A DNA stretch of 64,000 nt, taken from NCBI GenBank assembly GCA_013239625.1, contig MU053881.1, positions 3,927,957 through 3,991,956 of the forward strand. The letters are read 5' to 3'. Of the stretch, positions 1 to 11,630 are shown one piece after another (the stretch's first letter is position 1; every line of letters starts with the position of its first letter). The notes below the pieces were generated by a model, which saw only the letters and a program-made list of their open reading frames with translations, did no database searches and was not told where the DNA came from. The DNA is from Lama guanicoe. Taxonomy: Eukaryota. The position numbers were made by a program, and so were the translations under genes.

Positions 1-864
1 ATTTAGGGCCCCAAATTATCCAGAGAATCAGCCTGACTGGTCACGTTCACCGAGCGCAGGAAGAAAAGGCGGTCTTGGGGCAGCGGTGATGGGCGCCAGC
101 ACCAGCTGGTGGCCGCTTGGGAACCTGACAGCAGCTTCCGTGGGCTGTGGGGACGCCACCTGGTGTGATCTCTTTCAGAGGGACTTAAAGAGCCCCCCCC
201 CAGGTGCTGACCTCTTGCGCCCTCCAGATCACCACCCGGGGGAAAGCCACTTCTAGCCAAGCCCCGGCTGCAGCAGGTAGGTCCCTCCCAGAGGCCTTGC
301 CGGCTCTACCTGGGGGTCATCTGCCCTGCGCACCAGGGCATGGGAGGGGGAGAGGGAGAGCATCTTTGCCTGAGGCAATCCAGCGTCACAAACATTCACT
401 CATCTCTCATTCCCAGGCACAGAGCAGGGCTCTGGGAATAATAAAAGCAATGATAACCAAACCATTTCTACGTTTGCCAGGCTCCACATGGAGCATTTTC
501 CTGTAGTCCTTGTAATGGCCATGATCATCCTAAGTGGTGACATGGGCTGGGCGAGCTCTATTTTAAAGATGGGGAGACAAGCCCAGACAGACCTCCCCGA
601 GAGCACAGCGACCCACCACCAGGATCAAGGCCAAGTTTCTAAGGGTGACATTCAAGGCCCCTGCCGACCCTGCCAGCCTCATTTGTCCTTTCGTGGATGC
701 TGCGTCTGCAGAACAACCGGCCATTTCCATGAGCCCCTGTCTCTCTCCCCGGTTGCCTTTGTGCGTTAGATCTCCCCGTCCGTCTGGATTGCTCCCCATC
801 CTCCCTCACCTTCCCGGGGCTCCAACGTGAGAGCACCTCGAGGGGCCAGACACCTCATGCACAA

Positions 865-990
865 AACAACTCTGTGAGTTAGGCATTATCATTCCCACTT
901 TAAGGAACTGGAAACTGAGGCAGAGAATAGCGAAGTAACTAACAAGGTCACAGAGCCAGGAAGAGGCAGACCTGGGATTTAAATCCCCGG
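865..990 (-). mobile_element. MIR SINE fragment
   Basis: gaaactgaggcagaga...aaggtcacagagccaggaagaggcagacctgggatttaaatccc is the reverse complement of the MIR core. Confidence 0.8.
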
Positions 991-1107
991 AGCAGGAATT
1001 TGGCTGGAGCCCAGTGTCTTCCCCACACTATGGTGCCTCTCAGCTCAGGAATCACCACCTCCTTTGGGAAGCCCTCCTTGACCTCCCACGTTGGATTAGG
1101 CCCAGGA

Positions 1108-1740
1108 ATGTGCCAGAGCCTGCCCTTACCAGTCTGAGAAAGCCAATTATTAAATTGTCAGGGATTTTGCAAGCTGGTTGTTAAACACAGCAATTATTAA
1201 AGATTAAATTATAAACACTTATAATTAAGTAAATTATATTAAAAACAAAGGTCATAAATACTCAACACTCATCACTTCCTAATTATTTTATTACATTTTA
1301 CTATTATCTACGCTCTGAAGATTATTTACATCCAGGGTGTCTGTCTGGTGCAGATTCCACATAATGGGGCCCTATGGTGTCCCCTCAGTGATATCACATT
1401 TGTAGCTTTGAAGTCGGCCACGGCTGGAATATTTACCACGTGGAAATCGGCAAACTGATAAGGGCTTAGTTCAACGTTGGGTTGATCGATTCGATTTAGC
1501 AAAGTGATGGTGAGAATCTCAATAATGCAGCTTAAACTTGCAAGAGTGTCACACCTGTAGCCATTGCTTTGGGAATAGCACCCACAAAATGGAAGAAAAT
1601 ATTCTTCCAATATTTGAAAACTGCTATTCAATTTAGCCAAGCAGTTGCTCACGCCGTTGATAAACAAGTGCGATTCCATCATAGCCCTTCCTGTTTCACC
1701 ATCATCTTAATGGTTAGTGTCCGTGAACATATCATGTCAA
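1108..1740 (+). mobile_element. MER63C/D-like hAT-Blackjack DNA transposon fossil, right end missing
   Basis: gattttgcaagctggttgttaaacacagc...aaatactcaacactcatcacttcctaattatttt...gaaatcggcaaac matches the recalled MER63 consensus; similarity continues through aatattcttccaatatttgaaaac. Confidence 0.75.
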
Positions 1741-1884
1741 ACGGCATTCAAGGAACCACCGGAAGAACCAGGAGCGCATCCCTGATAAGGTGGTTCCTGT
1801 CGGTGTTGCCCGATCCAGCTGCGTTTCTCTCCGTAGTGGTCCTAAATCCAGGGCTCTGAAACTTTCCAGCTGTGTCCACTTCTT

Positions 1885-1972
1885 CCAGACTCCTCTTGAG
1901 AGCAGGGATTGAGTCTTTTTATCAAAATCCTCAGTTCTTGGGGTAGATACTTAACAATTGTTGAATAAATGC
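1885..1972 (+). mobile_element. L2 LINE 3' end
   Basis: cttgagagcagggattgagtc...tacttaacaattgttgaataaatg resembles the L2 terminus. Confidence 0.55.
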
Positions 1973-3599
1973 ATGCATCTTTGCACGACTGCATAAATAA
2001 AGAATTAAGCCTATCCCACGCAAAATCCCTCTAAGACAAACTTTCTGAAGATACTCACTTGTGCATAATTTATTCCTCCACTTGTCATATATTACTGGGC
2101 ACCTACCTTGTGTCAGTGGTGTGAATACAAACACTCGTGGGCTGGGCACTTCGTAATGAAAAACGCTAAAATGGAAAGGAGAGAACATTTCTAGACTCAG
2201 GGTCTTTTTCTGTCTCGTGTTCAAAATTCATGGATTCCTTATAGAAGAGTGTAGTCATCTGCCCCACCATCTTCCCTCACCCCCAAAGGACCCCAAATGA
2301 GCCTTAAGAAGAGTTGATGGAGCTCCCAGTTAATGACGATGTTGTGCCCGGCGCTGAGGGACCAGAGGTAACGGAGAAGTGCAGTTGTGTTTTGATTCCC
2401 CACAAACACCTTTGAACATGGTCTGCCCCAGTGAGAAGAGGGAGGTGATTTCCCTGTGATGGAGGAGCTGGTTTCTCATGCTACGCCATCGTCATGGACC
2501 TGGGAGTGTCGCCTTATGTCTGCTGAGGCAGAAAGAAGAAACAGCTCAGAATTCCTTACAACACAAAGCTTAGAGGATCAGAAGAGCCCAATCGATGTTC
2601 CTTTTGACAGAGGCCCGCAGGAAACCCCCCCTTCTCTAGTCGCAAGCTAGTTTCATGCGACTCAAACTTCAAGACCATCTTAGCAGACAGACAACAGGGC
2701 ATACATCCTATTATAGTATTAATACAAAGATAGGTGGTCTCAAACTCGCTAAGCAAATAATTAGTCACCCAATGAATGAGAGAAAAGAACAGCCATTAGC
2801 GCACTAAGTCACCTGTCAAAGATGGTTGTGTTTATATTCGGGGAGGGGGGGCGGCGGGGCTCGTTCCTATAGCCAAGCCGGCATGATACAGGTTGCAGCA
2901 GCCTTGAGACCTCTCCGGCTAATATATGTCTTTTTCTTAAAAAGAAGAGACGGGGAGGGGGAAGAAAAAAGTCGGTTGCTTCAACTTGAAAGTCAGCACT
3001 AAAGGAGGCATTAGAAAAAGACTTGCTTGTGGCTCAGTGCCCCGATTACCACAATTAAAGTTTGAGGTGTGGCGCTATTTGCTCAGCATGCTCTGACACA
3101 TGAAAGAAAATGATTCAGGCCAGGAAAATAATTACACATTAATTTGTGTTTGGCAACTGTGTTTTATCCCTTTGGCCCACAAAGCGAAGATAAAAGGTGA
3201 TATTGTTGAAAGCGTTTTCTGTGCTTTCAATGGGGTTGCCATGGGCTGCATTTGGAGACGGGCCTCGGTGGCCGGGCATTTTCCTGGCATCGTGGGACTG
3301 ACTGCCTTTTGTACTGCATGGCCGGGGCCCGGCCGGGAGGAGCAGAGGCCAGGTACGTTATTAGCTGTTTACTGCCCTGAATCCTTTGTGTCTGAGGGTT
3401 TCCCAGGGGTTTGGCCAAGTAGCAAGAAAAGTGACCCTTTCCAGGGTAAAAGCTCCAGCCCCCATCCTAGGGGTGCTCACCCCGCATTGCATTTTGCCAT
3501 GGAAGGAAGAGGCAGACCCTCCAGGACCACGAATCTGGTCCCCTATGGAGACAGGTGGCGGGGGGTTGGGGGGTGCTTCTATGAACAAACTACACAGAC

Positions 3600-3788
3600 A
3601 TGCAGTTGTGCCAGAAAGAAACGCAGGCCCCACATGGCCAGATCTTCCAGACTCTCATCAGAAAAGTGAGGAAATCTGGATTTTTAAAAATGAAATCTCT
3701 CAGCGTTTGCATGTTGGCTTAGTTAAAAACAAATAAAGCCGGTCTGTGGGCGGCGCGCATCCTGCTGGTGGCCAGTGTGGGGCGCTGA
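3600..3788. mobile_element. MER102-like hAT-Charlie element
   Basis: ccacatggccagatcttcc...gaaatctggatttttaaaaatgaaatctctc...atgttggc resembles MER102. Confidence 0.6.
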
Positions 3789-3794
3789 AACGCA

Positions 3795-4040
3795 GCATGG
3801 GACTTCAACACTAGCTTCAGGAGTCAGAAGGAGCTAGACCTCCCAGCTGGGGGAACTCTGGACAAGTTCCTTAATCTCTCTAAGGCTCGACTTCCTGTTG
3901 GTAAACTGGAGACCGTAACAATGCTACCTCCCTCCGAGAGTTATTGGGGGATTAAATGAGATAATGCAGCGAGAGACAAATTCTTCGCACAGTCCCTGGC
4001 AAACAGTAAGCACTGAATAAATGTCGGTGATTATCACTAT
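3795..4040 (+). mobile_element. MIR SINE, near full length
   Basis: ggacaagttccttaatctctct...ggattaaatgagataatg...cagtccctggcaaacagtaagcactgaataaatg. Confidence 0.85.
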
Positions 4041-4145
4041 AATTGAGCCATGGGAGAGTGAAAACATACATCATCGCCCCAGGCTTTCTGTCGATTAGGA
4101 TGTCTGCGACACCGCGGTTACTTCATAGATAGTTAGATAATTCCT

Positions 4146-4200
4146 GAATGGATGGACGGATGGAGGGATGGATGGATGGACGGAGGGATGGATGAATGAA
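4146..4200 (+). repeat. imperfect (GGAT)n microsatellite
   Basis: gaatggatggacggatggagggatggatggatgg... Confidence 0.85.
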
Positions 4201-4934
4201 TATGCTAGTTGGGGGCCAGAAGGAGCAATCCATCCACCATCTTCCCTTTCTGGCGATGTCCCTCGTTGTGTTTGTGTCAATCATTTCCTGTTCTTGCACC
4301 TCAGCTGCTTCATCTGTGAAATGAACTGGACGTGCCTCTCTCACCAGCTTCGAGGGATGCTACTGACAAGACCTTCCAAGGACTCTTAGAACAAGTTAGG
4401 GCTGACCAGCCGGGACTTTAGCACCTGGCTCTGGGAGGAGAGGCGGTCTGGACACTGAGGCTCTTCATAACTGAAGATGGGTCCTTTCATTGTCCCACCC
4501 CACATCTGCTCTCTACTCTTCCCCCTTCCACTTTTTGTCCCAGGAGGCTGACCTAGAAAACAGAGTCCCTTCCTTCTGCTTTTCATTATGATTTGGCCTG
4601 TAAGGAGCCCAGCTGGAGATTGGACGGAGAGAGAAGGGGGAGGCGGGGAATTTATTATCCACACCCCAGCCCACCCTGCTGAAGGGACCCCTCTGCAGAG
4701 CTCTCTCTGCTCAGTGTCCAGGAACGCTTGCTTCCCCTCGTCCCTTTGGGTCTGGGGGAGTGGCTACCCAGGCCCTGAATCTCACCTTGCCCACATCTTT
4801 GATTCTCATTAACCCTCAGGGTCTCGGGTGAATGTGTCAGCTGTTTCTTGCCAGGACCCTGACGGGCATAAGCGGATACACTCTTCGTCACCCAATCTGG
4901 GAAAAATGCATTCTAAGGAAGAAGGCTTCCAAGT

Positions 4935-5170
4935 ACCCGATAGAGAACACAGGCTTGGGGATCAGACAGGCTGCAGCTCAAATCCCTATTAGCCGCTTAC
5001 TAGCTCAGTGAACCTGGACAGGTTCTGTCCTGACTCCGAGCCTGCTTCCTCATCTGCGCGGCGAGATGGAGATGCGCGCAGGCGGCGTCTTCCCGCGAGG
5101 CCGTCGTGGGGCTGAGGACCACCATCCCCGCAGCCCCGCACCTGCCCGCCGATCACGGCCGCTCAGGGCA
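4935..5170 (+). mobile_element. MIR SINE with a GC/CpG-rich 3' half
   Basis: gctcaaatcc...gccgcttactagctcagtgaacctggacag...gcctgcttcctcatctg is the MIR core; the downstream part aligns loosely to the MIR tail. Confidence 0.7.
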
Positions 5171-5639
5171 GCCCTTTCTCTCCTTCTGCCTCTTCTTTCG
5201 ACTCCTTTTTTCCTTTCTTAGAGGCAAGACATTTTTGTTTTATTTTAATTTTTTTTCACCTTTGTACTTCTGTTAGGCTGTACCTAATGAAAATCGTTCC
5301 CACTGGGGTGCGCCCAGTGGCTCAGACACGTTCTGTTCCTTCTAACCTCCCAATGGTCACAAATGGCTATTAAGCGGAAGGACATCAGCGCCTCTGATCA
5401 GAGTGGAAGGCAAAAATTGAATATTGCTAAAATTATTCTTGAAAATCCTTTAAAAATATCTACCCATAAATGTTGGTGTATTTGGTTTGGGATGTGTTCT
5501 CTGCACCATGGGCATATTAATATTCTAGAATGTATACGGCAAGGTACAGTATATTAAAGACTATAAATGCAAAATATCATTTCGCAGTATTTCAGTTACA
5601 GAAGGAGACAGAGAGCATGTGCAGTTGATTTTGCTGGAG

Positions 5640-5785
5640 TCAAAATCACCTGAGATACATTCGTACTGATTTTACCAATAAAGACATTGAGGCTCAGAGA
5701 GGGCAAGCAGTTTGTCTAAGGGCACACAGCCAATAAGTGGCAGAGTCAAAATTCAAATCCAGATGTATCTGACTCCAACTTCTGT
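5640..5785 (-). mobile_element. MIR SINE fragment
   Basis: attgaggctcagaga...tttgtctaagggcacacagccaataagtggcagagtcaaaattcaaatccagatgtatctgactcca. Confidence 0.85.
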
Positions 5786-6189
5786 TTTTACCTCGTGCCC
5801 TGATGTCTGGATTTATGTGAGTTTGAATAAACAAACCCTCAAAGCCGGTATCATCAAAATGACTTTCGGGAAACAGCTTCAGATACTGGGCCTGTTGCTT
5901 GTTTCCTTCCCAGTTGCTAGGTTTCATGGGGCCTTAGATCAACCGAGTGGGGAGACCCAGGACCCTGGGCCCAGCCTGGGAGGGTACACAGCACCCACTC
6001 TTCCCTGCCGACCTGGAGAGGTGGCACAGGATGGAGACTTCCGCTGCTGGGCCAACCAGGTAGCGATTTTTTTTTTTTCTGGCCACCGATGAATGGTGAT
6101 AATTGTTGGGAGATTAATTTAAGATTCTCAGATGAAAGATACTGCCTAAGTGCCAGGCACAGGGAGGGAGGGAGGGAGAGACAAAACGA

Positions 6190-6345
6190 GGGAGCCTGGC
6201 TTTCTCCCTCCGGGGCTGACTCAGCCCTGACCTTGGGCAAGTCATTTGACTTTTCTCATCTGTAAAATCAGCCTAATGATGGCTTCTCTTCCAAACCACT
6301 TTGATTCTCAGATGAAAGCATCCATAAAAGTGCACAGGATTGCTA
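6190..6345 (+). mobile_element. MIR SINE fragment
   Basis: tgaccttgggcaagtcatttgac...tttctcatctgtaaaat. Confidence 0.8.
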
Positions 6346-7209
6346 TTAATTGGGCCATTATTACTTTTATTATTAAGTAGATGAAGTCCACTAAACTTTA
6401 ACTATGTTTTAACTCCCCCCTGACGGGCAGGACGAGCCGTTGACTATCAGATGGCAAGCCTTTCTGAAGTCGCCCTTTGCAGGGAGGCGGGGTTCCCATC
6501 AGCGAGACCGTGGCGCAGGCGCAGTCTGTGCTTCCACCCTTGGATGTAAACGTGTCCGACCAGCTGGGGGCGGTGTGCTCAGCGATGAGGAAAACCTGGA
6601 GCCGGAAGTGCTGTGTGATTTTTATGGGCAAATGGTATAAACCCCTTGCTCGTCAGCCTCCGCAGTTTGGGTAATTGGGACCAGCAGCATCCCTCCCATC
6701 TCCAGGCCAGCCTCGAAGGAGACGGCGCTGTCATTAGGTCCAGCATGGCCATCGCTCTGTCTCTAAACATCTGTCTGCTGCTCTGAGACGCAAAATCTGT
6801 GTAGGAGAGACCCCTGAGCTCAGATCCCACTTCTAACCCTTACTAAGGCTGCTAGAAGACACAGAAAAGAAAATCTACCTCCCAAGCTGGTGAGAATGCA
6901 ATCACCATTGCATGGATAACGCCTTAAGCTGGTGCCTGGTGCAAAACACATCCTCAGCCACTGACAGGTACGTCTATCAGAGAGTAAACACTTAGCAAAT
7001 AGCAAAAATGAACTTTTCCCAGAAGGCGCAATGCACATCTTTCTGGATTTATGAAGCATACATATTATAAAAATATTTTTTTAAATCACATTACTGTCCT
7101 TTTTTTTTTTTTTTTTTTTCAAAAAAACCAATATTACAGCGATGCCCCGCATTTTTTTTTTTCACAGAAACCAAGATTACAGCGATGCACAGCCTGTGAG
7201 AAGATGGCA

Positions 7210-7230
7210 GTTAGCACCGAGGAGAGCCCG
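7210..7230 (+). promoter_or_regulatory. candidate RE1/NRSE (REST binding) element
   Basis: GTTAGCACCGAGGAGAG (7210-7226) fits NTYAGMRCCNNRGMSAG at all 17 positions. Confidence 0.55.
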
Positions 7231-8313
7231 GAATCACCCATAGCCCCTCTAGCTGGGTCCCCACTGGGAAAACTTTGATGTTGTATCTCCCACCGTCCAA
7301 CACTGGTCCCAGGCAACTCTAGGGGTCTAAGTTGTAGAGCTTGAGGTCAAAAGGGAACATTTACTGGCAAAAAGCCCTAGATTCTACGACTTGAGTTTAA
7401 GACTCCCTGTACCACTCATTATCTCTGTCATAAGTTCTCTGATGCTGCATTTTCTCCTTTAGACAATGGAGGCATGTGCCTGAACCAGAGTTTCCAGAAG
7501 TGTGGACCATGGGCACATCTTAATTTTTCAATCACTGTGTATTTCTTAGAAATACATGAACTGGAACAGATGCACGTGTTAGAAAAACCTTCCCCCAGTA
7601 GATCAAATCCACAGTTTCCTGAATGAATATTGAATGATATGTACACATATTGAATAAATAGAATGTATTGCTACTCAATCAATACCATTTAACATTCATG
7701 TAAATTTAAAAAATGAGTTGATTTCAAGCCAACTATAAGAAAAGAGCAGTGCAGGTGGCATTCAGATACAGCAGGACCTCTAGGGATGTCACAGTGCCTG
7801 GGAGCTGGGAGCTGGGAACCGGACCATCTCTAGATTATGTCCTGCTCTGAGGTCCCCTGAAGCGACAGGTAGAATCAGTCACCTGGCCCCTTGTAGACCT
7901 GTCCACCTGACCCTGACCATGTCCAAAACAACCCCAAATTTTTCACCAAATGGTCCATGTTATCCAAAACTTTCTCCCTGCACCGTAGCTGAAATATGCT
8001 TCATAGTGGCAATTCCGTGCTTGGGACAAGAGGAGATGAGGATGGTCCAGGAAGCCTTTTCAAACCCTTTCAGATCCTGTAAGCATTTATTGAGCGCTTG
8101 CTGGATGCCAGTCGACATGCCAAGTCCTCGCTCATGACCTGTCTCTTTTTAATCCTGTGGCCACCTCTGAAATTGTACCTGCACCTTTGTCACTAGTGGG
8201 GCCTTTGGACAGTCGCTTAGCTACTTAGGATGCATTTTATCTTCAGTAAAGTGGAGGTACTGAAATCTGTCCTGGGTACCTCATTGGATTAGCATCAGGA
8301 CCAAAAGAGATTG

Positions 8314-8580
8314 TGTCCTGGGGTTTTGGGAAGGAATAAATTAGGAATTTGGGATTAGCAGATACAAAGTGCTACATATAAAGCAAACAGCAAGATCTCA
8401 CTGTATAGCACGGGGTACTATATTCAATAGTAACCTACCATGAAAAAGTGTGTATGTATGTATATATATATATATATCTGAATCACTATGCTATATACCA
8501 GAAACTAACACAACACTGTAAATCAACTATAGTTCAATAAAACGAAACAAAACAAAGAAGGAAAGAAAAAAAGAAGAGAG
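8314..8580 (+). mobile_element. L1 3' UTR fragment (artiodactyl type) inserted into a MIR
   Basis: ttaggaatttgggattagcagataca...ctgtatagcac...ctgtaaatcaactatagttcaataaaa plus A-rich tail; direct repeat AGAGATTG at 8306-8313 and 8581-8588. Confidence 0.9.
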
Positions 8581-9004
8581 AGAGATTGCATATGTGAAGT
8601 GTCTTGGGAAATACAAAGTCCTGTCCAAAGAGAAAAATAAAGAACATCAAAAAAACCCTTTCCTCTCCCTTCTTTTCTCTTCGAACAAAACTCACTGCAT
8701 GCCATTAGAATGTCCATAAAGACCAACAACGTCCTTAGCTTGTCGGAGGTCTTACTTCTCCAGCCGCTCTCAGATTTAATCACCGGCTTCTTCTCCGACC
8801 AGTCAGTAGGTGGTTAAGTTCTAAGCCTTAGTGTCTGATAAACTTGAGTTTGAATTTCACTCTGTAATTTAAGAACAGTGTCCCCTCTGGGCCTCTCCTC
8901 TTGATAAACAGCGATCTATTGGGAAGATGCAATGCCCTGAAATGTACAAAGCAGTGGGCGCAGTGCTCAGCTCGTAACATGTGACAAACATGTGCTGTCA
9001 TGGC

Positions 9005-9145
9005 TATCATCTACTCTGTGGGGTCTGAGTATTATTATTCCCCCTTAAAAGCCGAAGAAACCGAGGCTCAGAGCGGTGAAGCTGCTGATTCAACGCCGCA
9101 CAACGGGAAGGAGGCAGGGCAGCGAGTCGAACCCACTTATGATTC
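9005..9145 (-). mobile_element. MIR SINE fragment
   Basis: tattattattccccc...gaagaaaccgaggctcagagcggtgaag. Confidence 0.75.
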
Positions 9146-9160
9146 AGGTCATGCTTGTTT

Positions 9161-9240
9161 GCAGTGTGTCACGGGCCTTCTCCGAGGGAAGGGAGGAGGT
9201 GCAGTGTGTCACGGGCCTTCTCCGAGGGAAGGGAGGAGGT
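9161..9240. repeat. perfect tandem duplication, 2 x 40 bp
   Basis: gcagtgtgtcacgggccttctccgagggaagggaggaggt occurs at 9161-9200 and 9201-9240. Confidence 0.97.
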
Positions 9241-9809
9241 GCTCTTCTGAGGGGGGAGTGGGGGAAGGTGCTCTTGATCCGGATCATATAAAACGATCTC
9301 TTTCTTTTGTATGGTACTTCCTGACTCCAACAGCCTTTTCATTCATTATCTCATAAACCGTGCCTGATGTGGTCACTGCCAAGCCCGGATTATATTTGCC
9401 GCTCCTTATCTCTAGAAGCTCAATTCTGCCTGAGATGTCCTTCACTTTCATAATCTGCAGACTGAAAATCAGGATGCACCACTTGACCGACAGCAGATAG
9501 GACAGAATATCTAAATGTTAGCCTGTCCCGGAAAACTTGCTTCATCTGATTTCTGCACAGGACCATTTCATCTGCTTGTAAATCATGCCCACCCTCTCTC
9601 CAGCTCCACCCCACCCCCGCCCCGGTGAGTTCTAAGCTGACCATCCATGCTGGTTTGTGTTCCCCCCCATCCTTAGGGGCGTCGGGGATGACTGGTGCCC
9701 AGGTCGCCGGCTGCTGCGCACGGATGAGAACTGGACTGGAAAGCACAGGCAGTGAGACCTGCCCGCCCTGACGCCTCTGCGGAGACAGAGGTTTGAGTTG
9801 TGCATCACT

Positions 9810-9980
9810 GCTCACCAACCAATTAGCGGCACTGGGCTCTTTTCAGCCACAGTTGCTTTATCCGTGAAATCATCTTTGTCTTTGAGGGCTTTGGTGCAGA
9901 TGAAATGAAATAATCCGTGTAAACCGTTTACTCACTCAGCTAACAGCAAGAGTAAGTGCTCAGTAAGCACTAGCGATCAT
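9810..9980 (+). mobile_element. MIR SINE fragment
   Basis: gatgaaatgaaataatccgtgtaaaccgttta...gtaagtgctcagtaag. Confidence 0.65.
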
Positions 9981-11424
9981 CCCTTGCCCGTTCCCTCATG
10001 TGGAGAGGTCAGGCTCCCTTGTCAATAACCAGCCTGAAATCCAGCCCAGTCATGTCTGTGGCTGTTCCCTGGGCATCTGGAACTGTCCTGACCGACAGAG
10101 GAGTCCCTACAGTGGCCATCACCTGCCGAAGGACTTCTGCCTAGATCCCTGCAGAAGTTCCCCCGGCAATTACTACCTCATCTTCTTATTTTCAAAGTAC
10201 ACATTTATTTATTTTTCAATTTCTGTCATCAGAACAGGTCTTAAAATCTCTATGTATATTTAGCATAGTAGTAACAGTTTTTCCCCCTTTCCTCCAGAAA
10301 ATCTGTTGCATCATCAGTGGCAACTCAAAGTGAGCCAAAACACAAAGTTCCCATTTTCTGGATCGCTTCCAGCCTTGTGTCTGTTGGATGTGACCGCGGG
10401 CACTGAGAACTCGGTTGTCCTGGAGCCTGGAACCCTTGGTGGAAGGAGCCTTTGGGGAATGAGCTGGTGCCGCAGCGCCCTCTCGTGTCCAAGTGGCTTC
10501 TGCTAAGACGTGCAAGGGGCTGTGTGAAGGCAGCAAGGGAAGAGCTCCAGGACATCTGCCTGGCTTTTCTTCCTCCCAAAAGGAAGAAGGGGCGGGTGGT
10601 GTGGGAGGTCTCAGGCCTGCCTCTCACGGAACAGTGCTGGGGCGGAGATGGGAGGGATCAGATCGACCTTCCATGAGCCAGTAACTCAGCAACCACTTCC
10701 CAAATGATGAATCTTGACCTGGTATACCTGCTTTCCAGAAGAGTCCAAGGGATCCCCAGTTTCTTTTAGCTCTTTCTTTGCTAAAGCAAACCCCATTCTG
10801 CTTTCCAGAGAAGTCTGAGCCCGAGGGTCCCCGCTCTGTCCTATGTCTGCCAGGGGCTGGAACAGAAGGGGTGCCGGGTCCAGAGAAGGGCCCCTTCGAG
10901 ACAAGAGAAGGGCTGATGTACATTTCCAGGCTGCCCCTCGCTCATTCCTGCTCTTTGATCTCTTGGCGCTTGGTCTTACCGTCGCTCTGTCAGACTGGGC
11001 GGCCCCAGCTGTTTGACTCTGCAGCTGACCCCGGTCATTTGGGCTCTGCTTTTACTCCAAGGGCCAGAGTCTGGCATCCAGCCCTGGATCTTGGTTGGAC
11101 TCCGATTTCTGAATTTGCTAGTCGGGTCTCATAACAGATCTCTGCTAGGAAGCATCATGGCATGACCACACAACCCAGTTCAACACAGAATGAGGATCAA
11201 GGGGTCAGAAGACAATGAGACAGAACCTCCAGCCTCAGCCACCCCTACAGAGCCAACTCCACACTCCGCCCAAGCAAATCTTAACATCAAGATTATGAAC
11301 AGTTAACACGTAGAATATCTCAGGGAGTTCTCTGATCATTTACCTGCCGTCTCCTTGGGTTTACTGTGCAAGAAAGATCCCTGAACCTAAGCTGTGTCTC
11401 CAGAATGTTATTCCTGTTTTCAGG

Positions 11425-11630
11425 CAATGGTTCTCAAACTGTAGTCTCCTAACAGTGCTGGTATCAACTGGGAGCTTTCTAGGACTTTCTAGAAATGCAA
11501 GTCCTTACCCCCTGCTCCCACCCAAATAAATCCAGAACTCTGGGGATGGAGACCAATAATCCATGTTTCATCAAGTCTCCGGGGCGGGGTGGGGGGGAGG
11601 GCTAAGGCATCTGGAGTTTGACAACCATGA
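11425..11630. mobile_element. MER5A-like hAT-Charlie MITE
   Basis: caatggttctcaaact...tagaaatgcaagtc...agaactctggggatggagacc...gagtttgacaaccatg, with inverted termini. Confidence 0.8.

Noticed and set aside
1326..1859. Transposase ORFs within the MER63-like element
   Set aside because: Short frames with no recognisable hAT transposase motif; non-autonomous fossil
3100..3669. 189-aa ATG-initiated ORF
   Set aside because: No protein similarity; runs from an enhancer-like block into a MER102-like repeat
9161..9240. CRISPR-like direct repeat
   Set aside because: Two adjacent copies with no spacer, in mammalian DNA with no cas genes
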